Notes: a model not told the origin generated them from the letters alone. Shown: positions 18,642 to 27,081, counted from the first letter of the stretch. The stretch: 33,468 bases of DNA from Pseudomonadota bacterium (GCA_039818545.1 JBCBTR010000001.1:1-33468), one strand, 5' to 3'. Numbers and translations are program-made.

Positions 18642-19429
18642 GCCGCCGGTTCCTTGGTCTTGCCCATCGCCACGGTCACCTCATTCGAGGGCGGCGTTGG
18701 TTTTGAGTGATATTTTGCACCTTTCAACCACAACTTTAAAGCCTCCCAATGAATTCCGGCGGTGACGCCGATGGAGGAGAAGGGTTGGGAAAGGGCAGTT
18801 TTCAGAAAATTGGCGCTGCTTGCAGGCATCCGACGCGTCTGGATCGTCGCCATATGGGTCCGCGCATCGCTGCCGACGCTGTCGACGACAAGGTGGACGC
18901 CTTTGTCTGGCGGTCGGAGGGTAAAGCGGTACTGGCCCGACACATCGAAGAAGGGCGATACGTGGAAGACTTTGTCGGCCTCGTGCCGGCTCACTTCGTC
19001 TGATGCCGCAGCCGCCACGTAAGAATGCGTTTCCCCGAACGTGTTCTTCACTTCATAGATCACGCCTTTCACGTCGCCATTGAGATCGTAGCCGAACCAG
19101 AGCGAGATCGGCGCGAACTTGTAGAACATGTGACGCGGAAAGGTGGTGAGCCGGATTGCGCCGCCTTCAAGGTCAACGCCCGCCTCATTGAACTTGGCTT
19201 CCGCCCACTCGCGAAGGGAAAGCGCGCCGCGAGCGCCATGATCCTTTTCGGCAAACGAGAACAGTCCGGGCCCGTTCACCGAGAAGAGAGGAGAGACCTT
19301 GCTGGCGTCGTCCAGCCGGTCGATGTCGATATCGATCATGAACAGCCTGTACTTGAAGCGCTGCTCGAACGGCACGAAACGCTTGTGGGTCGTTTCGCCG
19401 GTGAGAAGGGTAAGAGGGGCGTCGGACAT
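18638..19429 (-). CDS. DUF1365-family protein
   Basis: Contains GETTHKRFVPFEQRFKYRLFMIDIDIDRLD, characteristic of DUF1365. The ATG at 19429 forms a TAATG overlap with the upstream stop, and the 28-codon track extension would overlap the upstream gene. Confidence 0.85.
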   Translation of the reverse strand: MSDAPLTLLTGETTHKRFVPFEQRFKYRLFMIDIDIDRLDDASKVSPLFSVNGPGLFSFAEKDHGARGALSLREWAEAKFNEAGVDLEGGAIRLTTFPRHMFYKFAPISLWFGYDLNGDVKGVIYEVKNTFGETHSYVAAAASDEVSRHEADKVFHVSPFFDVSGQYRFTLRPPDKGVHLVVDSVGSDARTHMATIQTRRMPASSANFLKTALSQPFSSIGVTAGIHWEALKLWLKGAKYHSKPTPPSNEVTVAMGKTKEPAA

Positions 19430-20751
19430 TAGCTGGTGGCCTGTGCCCGTCCGGTGCTCGCATCGACTTCGCGGGTTTTTGGAGTGGCGATCTCCACGCC
19501 GTGTGGTGTCCATGGGACGGCCCCGCCTAGCGATAACGCCGCCGACAGGCCCGACTTCAATCCATCCTCATGGAAGCCGCTGCCCATCCAGGCTCCGGCA
19601 AGCCACAGCCCGTCTTCGCCCTGAACGCGCTTCAGTGTGCGTACAGCAGCCTCCGCTGCGCCGTCGAACTGAGGATGATCGAAAACGAAAGAACTGAACG
19701 TCAGCTCTTCGGCAGGCGGAGTGTCCGGGTTGAGGGTCACGAAAAGAGGGGCTCGGTGGTCGATCGATTGCAATGTGTTCATCCAGTATGACAGGCAGAT
19801 ATCGCCGCTTTCCTGTTTTAACACGTTCCATGCCGCCCAAGCCGCTCGCTTGCGCGGCATCAAGGCGGGATCACGGTGCAGGTAAATCTGGTTGGGTCGG
19901 TACTGGGCGGAGCCGAGCGTAAACTGCCGATCCGCAAAGCTTTCGTCGAGCATCGCAGCCGCCTGATCGGAATGGACCGCCAGAACGACATCATCGAAGA
20001 CTTCCTGCTTTCCGTTCTCGAAGGTCAGGCGCACCTTGTCGCCGAACCGGGACACAGTCTCAACGCCCATGCCTGACTTTAGCCTATCGCCAAGCTCGGC
20101 CTTCAAGGCCGTAACATAAGACTGGCTGCCATCTTTGACGGTGCGCCACTTCGGGCGCTCCTTGTGCATCAGGCGGTGGTTCTCGAAGAATTTGAAGAAG
20201 CTGAGGGCCGGATAATCAAGAAGCCTGTCCTCGGGCGTGGACCAGATCGCTGCGCCCATGGGGAGAATGTAGTTCCGCCGGAACGTCTCATCGAAGCCAT
20301 GGCGATCCAGCCATGCCCCGAGAGACACTTCGCCGACCTCGCCAGCGTCCAGCTCCTGCCGGACCGTATCATTGAAACGCAGGATCGTGCGCCAGAACCG
20401 GTGAAAGCGCGGGCTGAGGAGATTTCGCTTCTGCGCGAAAAACCCTCTTGCCGTCGACGCCCACTCATAGCCGTCGGGATCGGACACAGCGAAACTCATG
20501 TCGCTGGCCTGTGTTTCGACATCCAGTGCATCGAACAGCGCGATCAGGTTGGGATAGTTGTGAGCATTGTAGACGATGAACCCGACATCGACATTGATCG
20601 GGCCAAAGCCCGGATAGTCGATTGTCTTCGTGTTCGAATGGCCGCCAAAGCGATCGCGTTTCTCGAACAGGGTCACGTCGGCGGTATCCTTCAGCGCCCA
20701 AGCGGCGCTCAACCCGGAAATCCCGGACCCGACAATGGCTACTCTCTTCAT
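19429..20751 (-). CDS. FAD-dependent oxidoreductase (amine-oxidase / phytoene-desaturase-like, COG2907 type)
   Basis: 440 aa. N-terminal dinucleotide fold VAIVGSGISGLSAAWAL...FEKRDRFGGH. A 4-nt ATGA-type overlap with the photolyase stop. Confidence 0.85.
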   Translation of the reverse strand: MKRVAIVGSGISGLSAAWALKDTADVTLFEKRDRFGGHSNTKTIDYPGFGPINVDVGFIVYNAHNYPNLIALFDALDVETQASDMSFAVSDPDGYEWASTARGFFAQKRNLLSPRFHRFWRTILRFNDTVRQELDAGEVGEVSLGAWLDRHGFDETFRRNYILPMGAAIWSTPEDRLLDYPALSFFKFFENHRLMHKERPKWRTVKDGSQSYVTALKAELGDRLKSGMGVETVSRFGDKVRLTFENGKQEVFDDVVLAVHSDQAAAMLDESFADRQFTLGSAQYRPNQIYLHRDPALMPRKRAAWAAWNVLKQESGDICLSYWMNTLQSIDHRAPLFVTLNPDTPPAEELTFSSFVFDHPQFDGAAEAAVRTLKRVQGEDGLWLAGAWMGSGFHEDGLKSGLSAALSLGGAVPWTPHGVEIATPKTREVDASTGRAQATS

Positions 20752-22208
20752 GCTGCGTCCCGTTGCTTCTTGAGTGTCTCATAGGCTTCAAGCGCACGCT
20801 CGCGGCCTGTCTTGTGCTCGACCATGGCGTGAGGGTAGGTCTCCCCAAGCGTCACGCCAGCGTCTGAAAGCACGCCTTCGGGGGCCTCCCATGGCGCGTG
20901 AATATGTTTGGTGGGCAGGTCTGCCAGCTCTGGCACCCATTGGCGGACATAGTCGCCCGTCTCGTCGAACTTCTGGCCCTGCGTGATCGGGTTGAAGACC
21001 CGGAAATAGGGAGCCGCGTCAGCACCTGAGCCTGCAGTCCACTGCCAGCTCGCACTGTTCGCGGCAGGGTCCGCATCCACAAGCGTATCCCAGAACCAGT
21101 CCTCGCCGCGCTGCCAGTGCACCAGCAGGTGCTTCGTCAGGAAAGACGCAACGATCATCCGAACCCGATTGTGCATCCAACCCGTATGCCAGAGCTGTCG
21201 CATACCGGCATCGACGATCGGATAGCCCGTCAGGCCTTTAGTCCACTTGGAGTAGCCCTCATCATCATCGCGCCAGGGCATGTTGTCGAAGTCGGAATTG
21301 TAGTTTTCCGTCGCAAGATCAGGATTGTGGAACAGCTGCACATAAGAAAACTCGCGCCAGCCGATCTCTGACAGGAACACCTGCGCAGACGCCTCATTGA
21401 CATCACCCGCCTCGATCCGGGCCTGCGTCGCCCGCCAGATCTGCGCCGGACCGATCTCGCCGAAGTGCAAGTGAGGCGACAGGCCAGAGGTGCCATCGGA
21501 CACGTCGGGCCGGTTTCGGTCATCCTTGTACTCGTTGACCGGTCCCTCAAGGAAGGCAGTCAGCCGCTTGCGCGCACCGGCCTCGCCGGGTGTCCACGCG
21601 TCCTCAAATCCAGTTGCCCAGTTCGGCGCTGTCGGCAGCAGGCCCCAGTCCGGAAGATCATCGGAAGCCACATCAAGCTGCGCCAGCTCTTTCGGCTTTT
21701 TCGACGGTGCTGGCGGCGTGTAGCAGGCTCGAACAGCTTTCCAGTAGGGCGTGAAAACACGGTAGTGACCACCGGACCCGGTTTCGATGGTCCACGGTTC
21801 CGTCAGCAGCGACCCGTTGAAGCTCTCAACCTCAACGTCGTTTTCTTTCAGTGAAGCTTTCAGGTTGGAATCAACCTCGCGCTCGGCTGCTCCATATCGC
21901 CGATTCCAGAATACCGCGCCGGCTCCGGTGTCCTCGACAACGGACATCAATACCTCGTGCGCCTGTCCGCGCCGCAGGATCAAACGCCCGCCAAGGCTTT
22001 CAATACCGTGTGAGAGCGATTCCAGTGACTTGTGCAGCCACCACTTCGATGCGCCGCCGGGTTCGCGAAACGCCAGGTTCTGTTCGAAAACAAAGAGACA
22101 GACCACCGGACGGCCACTGTTTACGGCCGCCTCCAGAGCGGGGTTATCGTCCAGCCTCAGATCATTTCGGAACCAGACAAGCGCTGGTGTCGATTCATTA
22201 CCCGGCAA
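20748..22208 (-). CDS. phr: Deoxyribodipyrimidine (CPD) photolyase
   Basis: Contains ALVWFRNDLRLDDNPAL, WREF and TGYPIVDAGMRQLWHTGWMHNRVRMIVASFL. I place the start at TTG 22208, with SD GAGGGGAG 6 nt upstream, because the ATG at 22259 lies inside the predicted promoter. Confidence 0.88.
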   Translation of the reverse strand: MPGNESTPALVWFRNDLRLDDNPALEAAVNSGRPVVCLFVFEQNLAFREPGGASKWWLHKSLESLSHGIESLGGRLILRRGQAHEVLMSVVEDTGAGAVFWNRRYGAAEREVDSNLKASLKENDVEVESFNGSLLTEPWTIETGSGGHYRVFTPYWKAVRACYTPPAPSKKPKELAQLDVASDDLPDWGLLPTAPNWATGFEDAWTPGEAGARKRLTAFLEGPVNEYKDDRNRPDVSDGTSGLSPHLHFGEIGPAQIWRATQARIEAGDVNEASAQVFLSEIGWREFSYVQLFHNPDLATENYNSDFDNMPWRDDDEGYSKWTKGLTGYPIVDAGMRQLWHTGWMHNRVRMIVASFLTKHLLVHWQRGEDWFWDTLVDADPAANSASWQWTAGSGADAAPYFRVFNPITQGQKFDETGDYVRQWVPELADLPTKHIHAPWEAPEGVLSDAGVTLGETYPHAMVEHKTGRERALEAYETLKKQRDAA

Positions 22209-22242
22209 GGATGGCTCCCCTCGAAGCGACGTTTGTTGTAGA

Positions 22243-22268
22243 TACGCGCCGCAAAGCATTGTGGATCA
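22243..22268 (-). promoter_or_regulatory. Candidate ECF sigma-E (ChrR-group) promoter, TGATCC-N16-CGTA
   Basis: The minus strand reads TGATCC (22268-22263), ACAATGCTTTGCGGCG (16 nt), then CGTA (22246-22243). This is 34 nt upstream of the TTG start I propose for phr. Confidence 0.6.
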
Positions 22269-22348
22269 ACACGAATTGCCATTCGCCTGCGCTATTCACC
22301 TGCGTTTGCCTGTCGTACGACCAGACTAGACCTTGTTGGGAAATCAAA

Positions 22349-23812
22349 GTGACCGAGCAAAACCTTTCTGCCCTGATCGATGCGTCATCGACCAAGAAGA
22401 TCATCTGTATCGGCGACACGATGCTGGATCGCTTTGTTTACGGTAGCGTCGACCGGATTTCGCCCGAAGCGCCGGTTCCTGTTTTCAAACAGACGCGCGT
22501 CACTGAAATGCCCGGCGGGGCGGGGAATGTCGCCCGCAACGTTGCCGCGCTGGGGGCTCAAGCTGTGCTGATCGGCGTTGTCGGGGATGATGACGAAGCC
22601 CGGCGGCTTGTCGGGGCCATTGGCGATATGGACGGTGTCACGGGGGACCTCATTGCGGAGCGTGGACGCCCCACAACCCTGAAGACCCGATACGTCGCCA
22701 CCGCCCAGCAAATGCTCCGCGTCGACAGCGAAAACACCGCCCCGATCGACCGCGCCACTGAACAGGCGGTGATCGACTCGCTGACCTATGAAGCAAAGAC
22801 GGCACAGGCGATCCTGTTCTCCGATTACGCCAAGGGCGTTGCGACGCCCGCTATTCTGGAGGCTGTCGCCGGAATCGGCCGGGAACACGGCATACCCATC
22901 ATCGTCGATCCGAAGGGGCGCGATTTCGGCAAGTACGGTTCGGTCACACTGATCAAGCCGAACGCCTCAGAACTCGCAGCGGCCACCGAACTGCCCTGCG
23001 GGTCTGATCAGGACGTCGCCGCCGCGCTTGAGGCGGCCAAAAACGCTTCCAGTGCCACAGCCATCGTCGCCACCCGCGCCGCGAAGGGCATGTCCTATAT
23101 CAATGCCAACGATCAAATCGTGCACGTCCAGGGCGAGGCGCGTGAGGTTTATGATGTCTCAGGGGCAGGTGATACCAGCCTTGCGGCCCTTGGGATCGGG
23201 CTCGCGTCCAATGGCACCCTCGAACAGGCTATTGCGCTGGCAATCCGGGCGTCGGGTATCGCTGTTGGCAAAGCCGGCACGGCCGCTGTCACAGCTGCTG
23301 AACTGCGCGAGTCGCTCCAGCTCGGCATGGCCCGTCTTGGCGGCGTGCACACACCGCTCGACGCGTTGCTGACGCGTGTAGACGGATGGCGCGATGCCGG
23401 GCTGACGATTGGCTTCACCAATGGCTGCTTCGATATCCTGCACCCCGGCCATTTGAAAGTGCTGGAAGAAGCCCGGGAGCGTTGCGGCCGGCTGATCGTC
23501 GGCCTCAATTCAGATGCCTCGGTGCGCCGGCTGAAAGGGGAGACCCGCCCCGTGAACAACGAAGCCTCCCGCGCCCGCGTCCTCTCGGCGTTGTCCGTTG
23601 TGGATGATGTTATTGTCTTCGAAGAGGACACCCCCGCCAATCTGATCGATGCGCTCAAGCCTGACCTTCTCGTAAAGGGCGGAGACTATGCGCTCGACGA
23701 TATCGTGGGTGCACGCGATGTTCTTGAGCGGGGCGGGGCCGTTCATATCGTGCCGCTTGTTGAGGGCGAGTCGACAACATCGGCGATTGCCCGTGCCAAG
23801 GGGAATACATGA
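22349..23812 (+). CDS. hldE: Bifunctional D-beta-D-heptose 7-phosphate kinase / D-beta-D-heptose 1-phosphate adenylyltransferase
   Basis: The N-terminal ribokinase-like half has IGDTMLDRFVYG...ISPEAPVPV and DVSGAGDT. The C-terminal cytidylyltransferase half has GFTNGCFDILHPGHL. GTG start at 22349. The 166 upstream codons of the track ORF run antisense to phr and are rejected. Confidence 0.88.
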   Translation: MTEQNLSALIDASSTKKIICIGDTMLDRFVYGSVDRISPEAPVPVFKQTRVTEMPGGAGNVARNVAALGAQAVLIGVVGDDDEARRLVGAIGDMDGVTGDLIAERGRPTTLKTRYVATAQQMLRVDSENTAPIDRATEQAVIDSLTYEAKTAQAILFSDYAKGVATPAILEAVAGIGREHGIPIIVDPKGRDFGKYGSVTLIKPNASELAAATELPCGSDQDVAAALEAAKNASSATAIVATRAAKGMSYINANDQIVHVQGEAREVYDVSGAGDTSLAALGIGLASNGTLEQAIALAIRASGIAVGKAGTAAVTAAELRESLQLGMARLGGVHTPLDALLTRVDGWRDAGLTIGFTNGCFDILHPGHLKVLEEARERCGRLIVGLNSDASVRRLKGETRPVNNEASRARVLSALSVVDDVIVFEEDTPANLIDALKPDLLVKGGDYALDDIVGARDVLERGGAVHIVPLVEGESTTSAIARAKGNT

Positions 23813-23994
23813 GCGACTCAGCCATCAGGACTACGGCCAGCCAGCTTTTCGCTCAGTACGGAGAAGACGCCGTTGTGATTGCAACGCTCAGGGCAGCTGA
23901 GGTCGCAGCGCTCGGCGATGCCGAAGCGCTCCAGCACTGGGACGATGTCATCGCTTACCTGGAAAAGGGCGTCGAGAACGGACCGCTCAACTAG
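23809..23994 (+). CDS. Small hypothetical protein (61 aa), translationally coupled to hldE
   Basis: ATGA overlap with the hldE stop. The composition looks coding-like and helical. No domain recognised. Confidence 0.45.
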   Translation: MSDSAIRTTASQLFAQYGEDAVVIATLRAAEVAALGDAEALQHWDDVIAYLEKGVENGPLN

Positions 23995-24869
23995 TCTTCG
24001 TCGACAGGATCGCCCGGACGGCGGATCGGCGCGACCTCGACAGATTCCATTTCATCGAACCCGCCAAACGGCTCAGCCGGCTTCGGAGCGTTTTCGTCCA
24101 GCCAGTCCGACAAAAAAGTGAGCCTGTTGGAAACGCTGACAGCCGCAGCTTCCGGATCAACGAGCCGATACTTCAGGCGCGGCAATGGCAGGTTCGGCTT
24201 CAGACGCTGAAACACCGGGACACCGGACTTCATCGGAACTTCGATCAGGCACTGCCCGACGAGGCCATCCGAGCACTCCAGCCCCTCCAGCGATGCGCCA
24301 TCAGACCCAAGCCAGACGACACCTCCAAAGCGTTGCCGCACGTCTGGGTCTTCTGTGAATAGCGCTAAGACGCGCTCCGTCGGCGCTTTCATGGACGCCG
24401 GGGCGACAAGCAAAAGGCCGCGCTTGCGGTTGTCCAGCTCGAGATACGACTGGAAGGCCGACACCGCATCAGCTTCTGTCATCGCCGCGAAATCACTGTC
24501 ATCCCGCTGAACGGGCGAGCCGTGCCGCAAATAAGGGGCATACACAGGCGTGTCGCCAAACGAACCGGACAAAAGCTCTAGGAATGCTCCCGTTTCATCG
24601 CTGGAACGCTGATGATCGGGGGGCACGGTTCCCGGTGGATGCGGCGACCGGCGAACGGGCGGCAGGACAAAGAGATCGACGCCCCATGGCGACTCCCACC
24701 CGCCGGCGGGCTGCTCTGCCGGGCGCATGGCCCAGCTTTCGGGGCTCGTATAGTCGGGCTCGCTTGCCTCAACGGGGGTCTGTTGCGTGTAGATTGTCCG
24801 GTAGGCCCAGTCTTTCAGGCCAATCCATAAGATGGCTGCCACAGCAACAACCATGAGAGCACGACGCAT
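23991..24869 (-). CDS. Membrane-anchored protein, possibly DUF3089-like (alpha/beta-hydrolase-like) with a degenerate nucleophile motif
   Basis: 292 aa. N-terminal TM/signal anchor MRRALMVVAVAAILWIGL. VDLFVLPP, VYAPYLRH and DAVSAFQSYLELDNRKRGLLLVAPASM resemble DUF3089 blocks as I remember them. TAATG overlap with the upstream gene. Confidence 0.55.
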   Translation of the reverse strand: MRRALMVVAVAAILWIGLKDWAYRTIYTQQTPVEASEPDYTSPESWAMRPAEQPAGGWESPWGVDLFVLPPVRRSPHPPGTVPPDHQRSSDETGAFLELLSGSFGDTPVYAPYLRHGSPVQRDDSDFAAMTEADAVSAFQSYLELDNRKRGLLLVAPASMKAPTERVLALFTEDPDVRQRFGGVVWLGSDGASLEGLECSDGLVGQCLIEVPMKSGVPVFQRLKPNLPLPRLKYRLVDPEAAAVSVSNRLTFLSDWLDENAPKPAEPFGGFDEMESVEVAPIRRPGDPVDED

Positions 24870-25252
24870 TAGGGTCTCCCAAGGGCCTCTCTGAGACCTG
24901 AATACTTCGGTTGATCGACTTCTAACTGAGCAATTGCGGTGGTTTTAAGATGCTCAAGAAGCCCCGGTGTATCCAATGTCAGCTCCGAGCTGCGCAGCTT
25001 TTCACAAAGCATCCGGACCATCTCTGAGTGGCTGTGTGCGTCTGCGGAGACGTCCAGAAGCGCGGCGAGGGAGGCCGTCTCCTTCCGGTCATTTTCGGCC
25101 CGCCCGTCGAGGTCTCGCAGGACGATGTCGAGAACGTTTATCGCGACGCGCGCATGAAAGGCAGCATGGCCGGTCAGCTGCGGCGCGGCACTGTCTGAAA
25201 TGAAACCCCGAACCGCAGCCACGAGTTCGGAGACAGAAGGCTGGTCATGCAT
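24869..25252 (-). CDS. DUF6285-like helical protein (usual partner of APH-like phosphotransferases)
   Basis: 127 aa. PSVSELVAAVRGFI...FHARVAINVLDIVLRDL and C-terminal LEVDQPKY. 8-nt overlap with the kinase gene. Confidence 0.7.
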   Translation of the reverse strand: MHDQPSVSELVAAVRGFISDSAAPQLTGHAAFHARVAINVLDIVLRDLDGRAENDRKETASLAALLDVSADAHSHSEMVRMLCEKLRSSELTLDTPGLLEHLKTTAIAQLEVDQPKYSGLREALGRP

Positions 25253-26264
25253 CGCGAACGCGCTCCAAAAGGTTGATCAGGTCAATCTCGGTCTCGGAGA
25301 CCCGGCGCCCGATCGCAGCGCGCTCCACACTCGGATCCGCGCCTGAGCGGAAGGCTTCGTACATGATCATGCACATGACCCCCCATTTGAAGCTGCCAAG
25401 TGTTTCCCACCAGTCGATCTCAGCGGGCGTGACCTCAACGCCACCGGCGGCCGCGTAAGCATCAAGAAAGTCGCCGAGCGCTCCGAAACCCCCGACGCGG
25501 TTCTCAGAGTTCCCGAAGCGCCAGGAATTGATGCAGATCCATGCAAGATCCTCCCGGCGATCCCCGAGATGGGCAAGTTCCCAGTCGAGCACAGCCACAA
25601 GACCGGTCTCGTCAACAATCAGGTTGCCAAGCCGGAAGTCGCCGTGAACGAGTGAAGGTTCCACGGCCTCCGGAACAGAAGCTTTCAACCACTGAATGGC
25701 AAGCTCGAAAACCGGGCGCGGAGTCTCGAACCCCCGGTAGATTTCTTCGTATTGGGCGAGCTGATCCTCGCCCATGCTCCGAGGCAATTCGGGGACATCA
25801 GCGATATCTATGGAATGAATAAGCGCGGCGGCGCTACCGCATTGAGCTGCAAGTTTTTGGCGGGCTGTCGCGTACTCATCATCTCTAAGAATCTTCCGCG
25901 CAATCGTCTCGCCTGCGATCCGGTTCATGATGAAGGCCTGACCGAGCCCGTCCTGAGGCTCGCAGCTGTGAATCACGCGCGGAGCAGGGACGCCCGCCGC
26001 AACGGCGCGATCAATCAGGGCAGCTTCGTTCTCGAGGCCAATCGCAGCCTGCGAGCGGGCCGCAGATACCCCTCCCGGTGCGCGGCGCAGGATCAGCTCC
26101 TCGACTGGTCCTTTGTCCGGACCGAAATCGAAGGCCCACGTTTCCTGACTGGCACCGCCGGACAGTCGTTTCAAATCAGAGACACGCCCGTCGGTGCCAC
26201 CTAATTTCGGTCCGAGTGCGTTAAGCGCATTTTCAAGTTCTTGTGTCGTACCCATCTTCAACAC
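25245..26264 (-). CDS. Phosphotransferase-family (APH/choline-kinase-like) protein
   Basis: 339 aa. Catalytic loop LVHGDFRLGNLIV and metal-binding AVLDWELAHLGD. Confidence 0.85.
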   Translation of the reverse strand: MLKMGTTQELENALNALGPKLGGTDGRVSDLKRLSGGASQETWAFDFGPDKGPVEELILRRAPGGVSAARSQAAIGLENEAALIDRAVAAGVPAPRVIHSCEPQDGLGQAFIMNRIAGETIARKILRDDEYATARQKLAAQCGSAAALIHSIDIADVPELPRSMGEDQLAQYEEIYRGFETPRPVFELAIQWLKASVPEAVEPSLVHGDFRLGNLIVDETGLVAVLDWELAHLGDRREDLAWICINSWRFGNSENRVGGFGALGDFLDAYAAAGGVEVTPAEIDWWETLGSFKWGVMCMIMYEAFRSGADPSVERAAIGRRVSETEIDLINLLERVRDA

Positions 26265-26322
26265 AATTGCGCGGAACGACGATTAAAGCCAAGAGTTCCT
26301 CAAGGTCAGGATTAGAGCAGAA

Positions 26323-27081
26323 ATGGCGAAGAAGACCGAACAACCTCAATCACCGCTGATTCCGTCGGATGGGCTCGAACCCCCGCGGAAGCAGAGCCTT
26401 TTTGCGTGGCTGCGTGCCCGGTTCTTCGCCGGAATGGTCATCGCGGCCCCAATCGCGATCACATTCTGGGTGCTTCAGTTCCTGATCACTTTCATCGATG
26501 ACCGGGTCAAACCGATCCTTCCGCCCATCCTGAAGCCGGAAACCTACACGAATTACGCGATCCCCGGCGTCGGCGTCCTGGTGACTGTCGTTGCGCTGAC
26601 AATTCTCGGTGCGGTCGCAACGAACCTCATTGGCCGCTCCCTGATCAACAGCAGCGACCGGCTGCTGAGCCGCATTCCGATCGTCCGGAACGTCTATTCG
26701 GCCTTCAAGCAACTGTTTGAAGTGCTCGGCAACAACCAGACTGCCAGTTTCGATTCCGTCGTGCTGGTGGAGTATCCAAGGCGCGGCTCATGGTGCATCG
26801 GATTTGTAGCCTCCGGTGCCAAGGGGGAAGTGAAAGCACGCCTGACGGATGACCATATAGGCGTGTTTGTCCCCACAACCCCGAACCCAACCTCTGGATT
26901 TCTTGTTTATGTCGAAAGAGCCGGGGTGAAGGAACTTGATATGACGGTAGAGGAGGGCGCAAAGCTTATCCTGTCGGCTGGTCTCGTCGTTCCTGAAGCC
27001 AAAACAGGCGAGTCCGGCGAGCTACCCTTCGACGCTAAGACTCTTCCGGCTTCTGAAACTGAGGTGCGAGAAGGGTCTTAA
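26323..27081 (+). CDS. DUF502-family membrane protein
   Basis: 252 aa. Two TM segments, then IPIVRNVYSAFKQL and GFVASG...VFVPTTPNPTSGFL, typical of DUF502. Confidence 0.8.
   Translation: MAKKTEQPQSPLIPSDGLEPPRKQSLFAWLRARFFAGMVIAAPIAITFWVLQFLITFIDDRVKPILPPILKPETYTNYAIPGVGVLVTVVALTILGAVATNLIGRSLINSSDRLLSRIPIVRNVYSAFKQLFEVLGNNQTASFDSVVLVEYPRRGSWCIGFVASGAKGEVKARLTDDHIGVFVPTTPNPTSGFLVYVERAGVKELDMTVEEGAKLILSAGLVVPEAKTGESGELPFDAKTLPASETEVREGS

Noticed and set aside
21851-22348. A 166-codon N-terminal extension of the hldE ORF (653 aa in the track).
   Set aside because: The extension runs antisense through the photolyase gene and across the divergent promoter region. It is Arg/Pro-rich and has no similarity to HldE. 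HldE homology begins at the GTG at 22349.
22260-22348. A CGTA around 22313-22316 (coordinates approximate) upstream of hldE, considered as a possible third ECF promoter on the plus strand.
   Set aside because: The hexamer 16 nt upstream is CTATTC, which matches TGATCC at only 3 of 6 positions.
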